In this document: positions 1 to 10,400 of the stretch, piece after piece | Layout of the letters: each line of letters starts with the position of its first letter | Numbering within the stretch: the first letter of the stretch is position 1 | NCBI GenBank assembly: GCA_964057225.1 | Contig: OZ059896.1 | Coordinates: forward strand, 20,770,001-20,834,000 | Direction of reading: 5' to 3' | Origin: Auanema rhodensis | Taxonomy: Eukaryota > Animalia > Nematoda | Length of the DNA stretch: 64,000 nt | Notes under the pieces: generated by a model | Told to the model about the DNA's origin: nothing | The model's input: only the letters and a program-made list of their open reading frames with translations | Databases searched by the model: none | Made by a program: the position numbers and the translations under genes

Positions 1-69
1 CTATACTACATTGAGAAACGCTTGATACAAAAATTAGTTATGATCGTTTGAAAAATGATGCATTAGTGT

Positions 70-97
70 ATGTTGAGTTTCCATGTACACTCAACAT
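70..97. other. Per-monomer inverted repeat H1: 9-bp perfect stem, 10-nt loop
   Basis: atgttgagt (70-78) / actcaacat (89-97), loop ttccatgtac. Present in every full monomer I read. Confidence 0.9.
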
Positions 98-110
98 TGC
101 TTCCAAAAAC

Positions 111-145
111 ATTTTGACAAAAATTTTTTCGAAAAATTTCAAAAT
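111..145. other. Per-monomer A/T-tract palindrome centred on TTCGAA
   Basis: tttttcgaaaaa (125-136) is a perfect 12-bp palindrome. attttga (111-117) / tcaaaat (139-145) form outer arms. Confidence 0.75.
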
Positions 146-236
146 AATTTAGCAAAGAGTAGATGTTTTTAGATTCCATTTTTCAAGGCAAAGACGATAG
201 ACAATGTTATTCAACGAAAAAATTAATTCTTCAGGG

Positions 237-293
237 TGAAAATCGAGGATATAAGTGTGAACTTATATCAGTTGATATCTCGTTGCATTTTCA
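237..293. other. Per-monomer inverted repeat H2: 9-bp perfect stem with GTGA tetraloop plus outer arms
   Basis: gatataagt (248-256) gtga acttatatc (261-269). Outer arms are cgag (244-247) / ctcg (279-282) and tgaaaat (237-243) / attttca (287-293, C-allele copies). Confidence 0.88.
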
Positions 294-981
294 AGCTAGC
301 GCAAATCTGATAACACAGATCGACGCAGCTTAAAAATCCGCATCGAATGCACTATACTACATTGAGAAACGCTTGATACAAAAATTAGTTATGATCGTTT
401 GAAAAATGATGCATTAGTGTATGTTGAGTTTCCATGTACACTCAACATTGCTTCCAAAAACATTTTGACAAAAATTTTTTCGAAAAATTTCAAAATAATT
501 TAGCAAAAAGTAGATGTTTTTAGATTCCATTTTTCAAGGCAAAGACGATAGACAATGTTATTCAACGAAAAAATTAATTCTTCAGGGTGAAAATCGAGGA
601 TATAAGTGTGAACTTATATCAGTTGATATCTCGGTGCATTTTCAAGCTAGCGCAAATCTGATAACACAGATCGACGCAGCTTAAAAATCCGCATCGAATG
701 CACTATACTACATTGAGAAACGCTTGATACACAAATTAGTTATGATCGTTTGAAAAATGATGCATTAGTGTATGTTGAGTTTCCATGTACACTCAACATT
801 GCTTCCAAAAACAGTTTGACAAAAATTTTTTCGAAAAATTTCAAAATAATTTAGCAAAAAGTAGATGTTTTTAGATTTCTTTTTTCAAGGCAAAGACGAT
901 GGACAATGTTATTCAACGAAAAAATTAATTCTTCAGGGTGAAAATCGAGGATATAAGTGTGAACTTATATCAGTTGATATC

Positions 982-1048
982 TCGGTGCATTTTTAAGCTA
1001 GCGCAAATCTGATAACACAGATCGACGCAGCTTAAAAATCCGCATCGA
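982..1048. other. Per-monomer long imperfect foldback H3 (monomer positions 280-346; shown in third copy)
   Basis: tcggtgc/gcatcga (one G-T pair), atttttaagct (989-999) / agcttaaaaat (1029-1039) perfect 11 bp, gcg/cgc, atctg/cagat, loop ataaca. Confidence 0.85.
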
Positions 1049-3509
1049 ATGCACTATACTACATCAAGAAACGCTTGATACAAAAATTAGTTATGATCGT
1101 TTGAAAAATGATGCATTAGTGTATGTTGAGTTTCCATGTACACTCAACATTGCTTCCAAAAACATTTTGACAAAAATTTTTTCGAAAAATTTCAAAATAA
1201 TTTAGCAAGAAGTAGATGTTCTTAGATTTCTTTTTTCAAGGCAAAGACGATGGACAATGTAATTCAACGAAAAAATTAATTCTTCAGGGTGAAAATCGAG
1301 GATATAAGTGTGAACTTATATCAGTTGATATCTCGGTGCATTTTTAAGCTAGCGCAAATCTGATAACACAGATAGACGCAGCTTAAAAATCCGCATCGAA
1401 TGCACTATACTACATTGAGAAACGCTTGATACAAAAATTAGTTATGATCGTTTGAAAAATGATGCATTAGTGTATGTTGAGTTTCCATGTACACTCAACA
1501 TTGCTTCCAAAAACATTTTGACAAAAATTTTTTCGAAAAATTTCAAAATAATTTAGCAAAAAGTAGATGTTTTTAGATTCCATTTTTCAAGGCAAAGACG
1601 ATAGACAATGTTATTCAATGAAAAAATTAATTCTTCAGGGTGAAAATCGAGGATATAAGTGTGAACTTATATCAGTTGATATCTCGGTGCATTTTCAAGC
1701 TAGCGCAAATCTGATAACACAGATCGACGCAGCTTAAAAATCCGCATCGAATGCACTATACTACATTGAGAAACGCTTGATACAAAAATTAGTTATGATC
1801 GTTTGAAAAATGATGCATTAGTGTATGTTGAGTTTCCATGTACACTCAACATTGCTTCCAAAAACAGTTTGACAAAAATTTTTTCGAAAAATTTCAAAAT
1901 AATTTAGCAAAAAGTAGATGTTTTTAGATTTCTTTTTTCAAGGCAAAGACGATGGACAATGTTATTCAACGAAAAAATTAATTCTTCAGGGTGAAAATCG
2001 AGGATATAAGTGTGAACTTATATCAGTTGATATCTCGGTGCATTTTTAAGCTAGCGCAAATCTGATAACACAGATCGACGCAGCTTAAAAATCCGCATCG
2101 AATGCACTATACTACATTGAGAAACGCTTGATACAAAAATTAGTTATGATCGTTTGAAAAATGGTGCATTAGTGTATGTTGAGTTTCCATGTACACTCAA
2201 CATTGCTTCCAAAAACATTTTGACAAAAATTTTTTCGAAAAATTTCAAAATAATTTAGCAAAAAGTAGATGTTTTTAGATTCCATTTTTCAAGGCAAAGA
2301 CGATAGACAATGTTATTCAACGAAAAAATTAATTCTTCAGGGTGAAAATCGAGGATATATGTGTGAACTTATATCAGTTGATATCTCGGTGCATTTTTAA
2401 GCTAGCGCAAATCTGATAACACAGATCGACGCAGCTTAAAAATCCACATCGAATGCACTATACTACATTGAGAAACGCTTGATACAAAAATTAGTTATGA
2501 TCGTTTGAAAAATGATGCATTAGTGTATGTTGAGTTTCCATGTACACTCAACATTGCTTCCAAAAACATTTTGACAAAAATTTTTTCGAAAAATTTCAAA
2601 ATAATTTAGCAAAAAGTAGATGTTTTTAGATTCCTTTTTTCGAGGCAAAGACGATGGACAATGTTATTCAGCGAAAAAATTAATTCTTCAGGGTGAAAAT
2701 CGAGGATATAAGTGTGAACTTATATCAGTTGATATCTCGGTGCATTTTTAAGCTAGCGCAAATCTGATAACACAGATCGGCGCAGCTTAAAATCCGCATC
2801 GAATGCACTATACTACATTGAGAAACGCTTGATACAAAAATTAGTTATGATCGTTTGAAAAATGATGCATTAGTGTATGTTGAGTTTCCATGTACACTCA
2901 ACATTGCTTCCAAAAACATTTTGATAAAAAGTTTTTCGAAAAATTTCAAAATAATTTAGCAAAAAGTAGATGTTTTTAGATTCCATTTTTCAAGGCAAAG
3001 ACGATAGACAATGTTATTCAACGAAAAAATTAATTCTTCAGGGTGAAAATCGAGGATATAAGTGTGAACTTATATCAGTTGATATCTCGGTGCATTTTTA
3101 AGCTAGCGCAAATCTGATAACACAGATCGACGCAGCTTAAAAATCCACATCGAATGCACTATACTACATTGAGAAACGCTTGATACAAAAATTAGTTATG
3201 ATCGTTTGAAAAATGATGCATTAGTGTATGTTGAGTTTCCATGTACACTCAACATTGCTTCCAAAAACATTTTGACAAAAATTTTTTCGAAAAATTTCAG
3301 AATAATTTAGCAAAAAGTAGATGTTTTTAGATTCCTTTTTTTAAGGCAAAGACGATGGACAATGTTATTCAACGAAAAAATTAATTCTTCAGGGTGAAAA
3401 TCGAGGATATAAGTGTGAACTTATATCAGTTGATATCTCGGTGCATTTTTAAGCTAGCGCAAATCTGATAACACAGATCGACGCAGCTTAAAAATCCGCA
3501 TCGAATGCA

Positions 3510-6500
3510 CTATACTACATTGAGAAACGCTTAATACACAAATTAGTTATGATCGTTTGAAAAATGATGCATTAGTGTATGTTGAGTTTCCATGTACACT
3601 CAACATTGCTTCCAAAAACAGTTTGACAAAAATTTTTTCGAAAAATTTCAAAATAATTTAGCAAAAAGTAGATGTTTTTAGATTTCTTTTTTCAAGGCAA
3701 AGACGATGGACAATGTTATTCAACGAAAAAATTAATTCTTCAGGGTGAAAATCGAGGATATAAGTGTGAACTTATATCAGTTGATATCTCGGTGCATTTT
3801 TAAGCTAGCGCAAATCTGATAACACAGATCGACGCAGCTTAAAAATCCGCATCGAATGCACTATACTACATTGAGAAACGCTTAATACACAAATTAGTTA
3901 TGATCGTTTGAAAAATGATGCATTAGTGTATGTTGAGTTTCCATGTACACTCAACATTGCTTCCAAAAACATTTTGACAAAAATTTTTTCGAAAAATTTC
4001 AAAATAATTTAGCAAAAAGTAGATGTTTTTAGATTCCATTTTTCAAGGCAAAGACGATAGACAATGTTATTCAACGAGAAAATTAATTCTTCAGGGTGAA
4101 AATCGAGGATATATGTGTGAACTTATATCAGTTGATATCTCGGTGCATTTTTAAGCTAGCGCAAATCTGATAACACAGATCGACGCAGCTTAAAAATCCA
4201 CATCGAATGCACTATACTACATTGAGAAACGCTTGATACAAAAATTAGTTATGATCGTTTGAAAAATGATGCATTAGTGTATGTTGAGTTTCCATGTACA
4301 CTCAACATTGCTTCCAAAAACATTTTGACAAAAATTTTTTCGAAAAATTTCAAAATAATTTAGCAAAAAGTAGATGTTTTTAGATTCCTTTTTTCAAGGC
4401 AAAGACGATGGACAATGTTATTCAGCGAAAAAATTAATTTTTCAGGGTGAAAATCGAGGATATAAGTGTGAACTTATATCAGTTGATATCTCGGTGCATT
4501 TTTAAGCTAGCGCAAATCTGATAACACAGATCGGCGCAGCTTAAAATCCGCATCGAATGCACTATACTACATTGAGAAACGCTTGATACAAAAATTAGTT
4601 ATGATCGTTTGAAAAATGATGCATTAGTGTATGTTGAGTTTCCATGTACACTCAACATTGCTTCCAAAAACATTTTGATAAAAATTTTTTCGAAAAATTT
4701 CAAAATAATTTAGCAAAAAGTAGATGTTTTTAGATTCCATTTTTCAAGGCAAAGACGATAGACAATGTTATTCAACGAAAAAATTAATTCTTCAGGGTGA
4801 AAATCGAGGATATAAGTGTGAACTTATATCAGTTGATATCTCGGTGCATTTTTAAGCTAGCGCAAATCTGATAACACAGATCGACGCAGCTTAAAAATCC
4901 ACATCGAATGCACTATACTACATTGAGAAACGCTTGATACAAAAATTAGTTATGATCGTTTGAAAAATGGTGCATTAGTGTATGTTGAGTTTCCATGTAC
5001 ACTCAACATTGCTTCCAAAAACATTTTGACAAAAATTTTTTCGAAAAATTTCAAAATAATTTAGCAAAAAGTAGATGTTTTTAGATTCCATTTTTCAAGG
5101 CAAAGACGATAGACAATGTTATTCAACGAAAAAATTAATTCTTCAGGGTGAAAATCGAGGATATAAGTGTGAACTTATATCAGTTGATATCTCGGTGCAT
5201 TTTTAAGCTAGCGCAAATCTGATAACACAGATCGACGCAGCTTAAAAATCCGCATCGAATGCACTATACTACATTGAGAAACGCTTAATACACAAATTAG
5301 TTATGATCGTTTGAAAAATGATGCATTAGTGTATGTTGAGTTTCCATGTACACTCAACATTGCTTCCAAAAACAGTTTGACAAAAATTTTTTCGAAAAAT
5401 TTCAAAATAATTTAGCAAAAAGTAGATGTTTTTAGATTTCTTTTTTCAAGGCAAAGACGATGGACAATGTTATTCAACGAAAAAATTAATTCTTCAGGGT
5501 GAAAATCGAGGATATAAGTGTGAACTTATATCAGTTGATATCTCGGTGCATTTTTAAGCTAGCGCAAATCTGATAACACAGATCGACGCAGCTTAAAAAT
5601 CCGCATCGAATGCACTATACTACATTGAGAAACGCTTAATACACAAATTAGTTATGATCGTTTGAAAAATGATGCATTAGTGTATGTTGAGTTTCCATGT
5701 ACACTCAACATTGCTTCCAAAAACATTTTGACAAAAATTTTTTCGAAAAATTTCAAAATAATTTAGCAAAAAGTAGATGTTTTTAGATTCCATTTTTCAA
5801 GGCAAAGACGATAGACAATGTTATTCAACGAAAAAATTAATTCTTCAGGGTGAAAATCGAGGATATATGTGTGAACTTATATCAGTTGATATCTCGGTGC
5901 ATTTTTAAGCTAGCGCAAATCTGATAACACAGATCGACGCAGCTTAAAAATCCACATCGAATGCACTATACTACATTGAGAAACGCTTGATACAAAAATT
6001 AGTTATGATCGTTTGAAAAATGATGCATTAGTGTATGTTGAGTTTCCATGTACACTCAACATTGCTTCCAAAAACATTTTGACAAAAATTTTTTCGAAAA
6101 ATTTCAACATAATTTAGGAAAAAGTAGATGTTTTTAGATTCCTTTTTTCAAGGCAAAGACGATGGACAATGTTATTCAGCGAAAAAATTAATTTTTCAGG
6201 GTGAAAATCGAGGATATAAGTGTGAACTTATATCAGTTGATATCTCGGTGCATTTTTAAGCTAGCGCAAATCTGATAACACAGATCGGCGCAGCTTAAAA
6301 TCCGCATCGAATGCACTATACTACATTGAGAAACGCTTGATACAAAAATTAGTTATGATCGTTTGAAAAATGATGCATTAGTGTATGTTGAGTTTCCATG
6401 TACACTCAACATTGCTTCCAAAAACATTTTGATAAAAATTTTTTCGAAAAATTTCAAAATAATTTAGCAAAAAGTAGATGTTTTTAGATTCCATTTTTCA

Positions 6501-7017
6501 AGGCAAAGACGATAGACAATGTTATTCAACGAAAAAATTAATTCTTCAGGGTGAAAATCGAGGATATAAGTGTGAACTTATATCAGTTGATATCTCGGTG
6601 CATTTTTAAGCTAGCGCAAATCTGATAACACAGATCGACGCAGCTTAAAAATCCACATCGAATGCACTATACTACATTGAGAAACGCTTGATACAAAAAT
6701 TAGTTATGATCGTTTGAAAAATGGTGCATTAGTGTATGTTGAGTTTCCATGTACACTCAACATTGCTTCCAAAAACATTTTGACAAAAATTTTTTCGAAA
6801 AATTTCAAAATAATTTAGCAAAAAGTAGATGTTTTTAGATTCCATTTTTCAAGGCAAAGACGATAGACAATGTTATTCAACGAAAAAATTAATTCTTCAG
6901 GGTGAAAATCGAGGATATAAGTGTGAACTTATATCAGTTGATATCTCGGTGCATTTTTAAGCTAGCGCAAATCTGATAACACAGATCGACGCAGCTTAAA
7001 AATCCGCATCGAATGCA
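3510..7017. repeat. Tandem duplication of a 5-monomer block (offset 1754 bp)
   Basis: The rare variant taatttttcagg occurs at 4440 and 6194, with the same order of monomer types from 3510 and 5264. A related third copy lies at ~8532-10285. Confidence 0.85.
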
Positions 7018-7367
7018 CTATACTACATTGAGAAACGCTTAATACACAAATTAGTTATGATCGTTTGAAAAATGATGCATTAGTGTATGTTGAGTTTCCA
7101 TGTACACTCAACATTGCTTCCAAAAACAGTTTGACAAAAATTTTTTCGAAAAATTTCAAAATAATTTAGCAAAAAGTAGATGTTTTTAGATTTCTTTTTT
7201 CAAGGCAAAGACGATGGACAATGTTATTCAGCGAAAAAATTAATTCTTCAGGGTGAAAATCGAGGATATAAGTGTGAACTTATATCAGTTGATATCTCGG
7301 TGCATTTTTAAGCTAGCGCAAATCTGATAACACAGATCGGCGCAGCTTAAAATCCGCATCGAATGCA

Positions 7368-7478
7368 CTATACTACATTGAGAAACGCTTGATACAAAAA
7401 TTAGTTATGATCGTTTGAAAAATGATGCATTAGTGTATGTTGAGTTTCCATGTACACTAAAAATCCGCATCGAATGCA
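7368..7478. repeat. Truncated 111-bp monomer (240-bp internal deletion, monomer positions 92-331)
   Basis: The junction ...catgtacact|aaaaatccgcatcg... lies at 7458/7459, and the next monomer starts at 7479. Confidence 0.95.
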
Positions 7479-10400
7479 CTATACTACATTGAGAAACGCT
7501 TAATACACAAATTAGTTATGATCGTTTGAAAAATGATGCATTAGTGTATGTTGAGTTTCCATGTACACTCAACATTGCTTCCAAAAACAGTTTGACAAAA
7601 ATGTTTTCGAAAAATTTCAAAATAATTTAGCAAAAAGTAGATGTTTTTAGATTTCTTTTTTCAAGGCAAAGACGATGGACAATGTTATTCAACGAAAAAA
7701 TTAATTCTTCAGGGTGAAAATCGAGGATATAAGTGTGAACTTATATCAGTTGATATCTCGGTGCATTTTTAAGCTAGCGCAAATCTGATAACACAGATCG
7801 ACGCAGCTTAAAAATCCACATCGAATGCACTATACTACATTGAGAAACGCTTGATACAAAAATTAGTTATGATCGTTTGAAAAATGATGCATTAGTGTAT
7901 GTTGAGTTTCCATGTACACTCAACATTGCTTCCAAAAACATTTTGATAAAAATTTTTTCGAAAAATTTCAAAATAATTTAGCAAAAAGTAGATGTTTTTA
8001 GATTCCATTTTTCAAGGCAAAGACGATAGACAATGTTATTCAACGAAAAAATTAATTCTTCAGGGTGAAAATCGAGGATATAAGTGTGAACTTATATCAG
8101 TTGATATCTCGGTGCATTTTTAAGCTAGCGCAAATCTGATAACACAGATCGACGCAGCTTAAAAATCCACATCGAATGCACTATACTACATTGAGAAACG
8201 CTTGATACAAAAATTAGTTATGATCGTTTGAAAAATGGTGCATTAGTGTATGTTGAGTTTCCATGTACACTCAACATTGCTTCCAAAAACAGTTTGACAA
8301 AAATTTTTTCGAAAAATTTCAAAATAATTTAGCAAAAAGTAGATGTTTTTAGATTTCTTTTTTCAAGGCAAAGACGATGGACAATGTTATTCAACGAAAA
8401 AATTAATTCTTCAGGGTGAAAATCGAGGATATAAGTGTGAACTTATATCAGTTGATATCTCGGTGCATTTTTAAGCTAGCGCAAATCTGATAACACAGAT
8501 CGACGCAGCTTAAAAATCCGCATCAAATGCACTATACTACATTGAGAAACGCTTAATACACAAATTAGTTATGATCGTTTGAAAAATGATGCATTAGTGT
8601 ATGTTGAGTTTCCATGTACACTCAACATTGCTTCCAAAAACAGTTTGACAAAAATGTTTTCGAAAAATTTCAAAATAATTTAGCAAAAAGTAGATGTTTT
8701 TAGATTTCTTTTTTCAAGGCAAAGACGATGGACAATGTTATTCAACGAAAAAATTAATTCTTCAGGGTGAAAATCGAGGATATAAGTGTGAACTTATATC
8801 AGTTGATATCTCGGTGCATTTTTAAGCTAGCGCAAATCTGATAACACAGATCGACGCAGCTTAAAAATCCGCATCGAATGCACTATACTACATTGAGAAA
8901 CGCTTAATACACAAATTAGTTATGATCGTTTGAAAAATGATGCATTAGTGTATGTTGAGTTTCCATGTACACTCAACATTGCTTCCAAAAACATTTTGAC
9001 AAAAATTTTTTCGAAAAATTTCAAAATAATTTAGCAAAAAGTAGATGTTTTTAGATTCCATTTTTCAAGGCAAAGACGATAGACAATGTTATTCAACGAA
9101 AAAATTAATTCTTCAGGGTGAAAATCGAGGATATATGTGTGAACTTATATCAGTTGATATCTCGGTGCATTTTTAAGCTAGCGCAAATCTGATAACACAG
9201 ATCGACGCAGCTTAAAAATCCACATCGAATGCACTATACTACATTGAGAAACGCTTGATACAAAAATTAGTTATGATCGTTTGAAAAATGATGCATTAGT
9301 GTATGTTGAGTTTCCATGTACACTCAACATTGCTTCCAAAAACATTTTGACAAAAATTTTTTCGAAAAATTTCAAAATAATTTAGCAAAAAGTAGATGTT
9401 TTTAGATTCCTTTTTTCAAGGCAAAGACGATGGACAATGTTATTCAGCGAAAAAATTAATTCTTCAGGGTGAAAATCGAGGATATAAGTGTGAACTTATA
9501 TCAGTTGATATCTCGGTGCATTTTTAAGCTAGCGCAAATCTGATAACACAGATCGGCGCAGCTTAAAATCCGCATCGAATGCACTATACTACATTGAGAA
9601 ACGCTTGATACAAAAATTAGTTATGATCGTTTGAAAAATGATGCATTAGTGTATGTTGAGTTTCCATGTACACTCAACATTGCTTCCAAAAACATTTTGA
9701 TAAAAATTTTTTCGAAAAATTTCAAAATAATTTAGCAAAAAGTAGATGTTTTTAGATTCCATTTTTCAAGGCAAAGACGATAGACAATGTTATTCAACGA
9801 AAAAATTAATTCTTCAGGGTGAAAATCGAGGATATAAGTGTGAACTTATATCAGTTGATATCTCGGTGCATTTTTAAGCTAGCGCAAATCTGATAACACA
9901 GATCGACGCAGCTTAAAAATCCACATCGAATGCACTATACTACATTGAGAAACGCTTGATACAAAAATTAGTTATGATCGTTTGAAAAATGGTGCATTAG
10001 TGTATGTTGAGTTTCCATGTACACTCAACATTGCTTCCAAAAACAGTTTGACAAAAATTTTTTCGAAAAATTTCAAAATAATTTAGCAAAAAGTAGATGT
10101 TTTTAGATTTCTTTTTTCAAGGCAAAGACGATGGACAATGTTATTCAACGAAAAAATTAATTCTTCAGGGTGAAAATCGAGGATATAAGTGTGAACTTAT
10201 ATCAGTTGATATCTCGGTGCATTTTTAAGCTAGCGCAAATCTGATAACACAGATCGACGCAGCTTAAAAATCCGCATCGAATGCACTATACTACATTGAG
10301 AAACGCTTGATACAAAAATTAGTTATGATCGTTTGAAAAATGATGCATTAGTGTATGTTGAGTTTCCATGTACACTCAACATTGCTTCCAAAAACAGTTT

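Larger units (their letters stand above)
43..198. other. Per-monomer long-range inverted repeat enclosing H1 and the central palindrome
   Basis: ttgaaaaatg (48-57) / catttttcaa (177-186) is a perfect 10-bp match in ccattt-type monomers, flanked by atcgt (43-47) / acgat (194-198). Confidence 0.7.
1..351. repeat. Reference monomer (arbitrary phase set by window start)
   Basis: 351 bp with 54 C + 57 G (31.6% GC), many A4-6/T4-6 tracts, and stop codons in all six frames. Confidence 0.97.

Noticed and set aside
70-97. Palindromic ~28-bp unit recurring regularly, resembling a CRISPR repeat
   Set aside because: The intervening ~320 bp is the same in every copy, so there are no unique spacers, and no cas genes or leader are present.
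127-143. CENP-B-box-like tTTCGaaaaAtttcaaa
   Set aside because: It matches TTCG and A but lacks the essential CGGG of NTTCGNNNNANNCGGGN.
114-150. TTGACA followed by a TAATTT/AATAAT-like element resembling a bacterial sigma70 promoter; hairpins resembling terminators
   Set aside because: The spacing and -10 match are poor, there is no downstream gene, and such matches are expected by chance in AT-rich repeats.
180-240. Hammerhead-like CUGAAGA on the - strand (complement of tcttcag, 228-234) and CTGATAA on the + strand (307-313); some satellites do encode hammerhead ribozymes
   Set aside because: I could not build stems I-III with a correctly placed GAAA and cleavage triplet (the nearest is GAAU after a weak stem). 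An Infernal/RNAMotif hammerhead search would settle it.
1-351. The monomer length is a multiple of 3 (117 codons), suggesting a possible repetitive protein
   Set aside because: Stops occur in all three + frames within the first 51 bp and in all three - frames (cta at 1, tta at 38, tta at 63). The many 350-bp copies would also frameshift.
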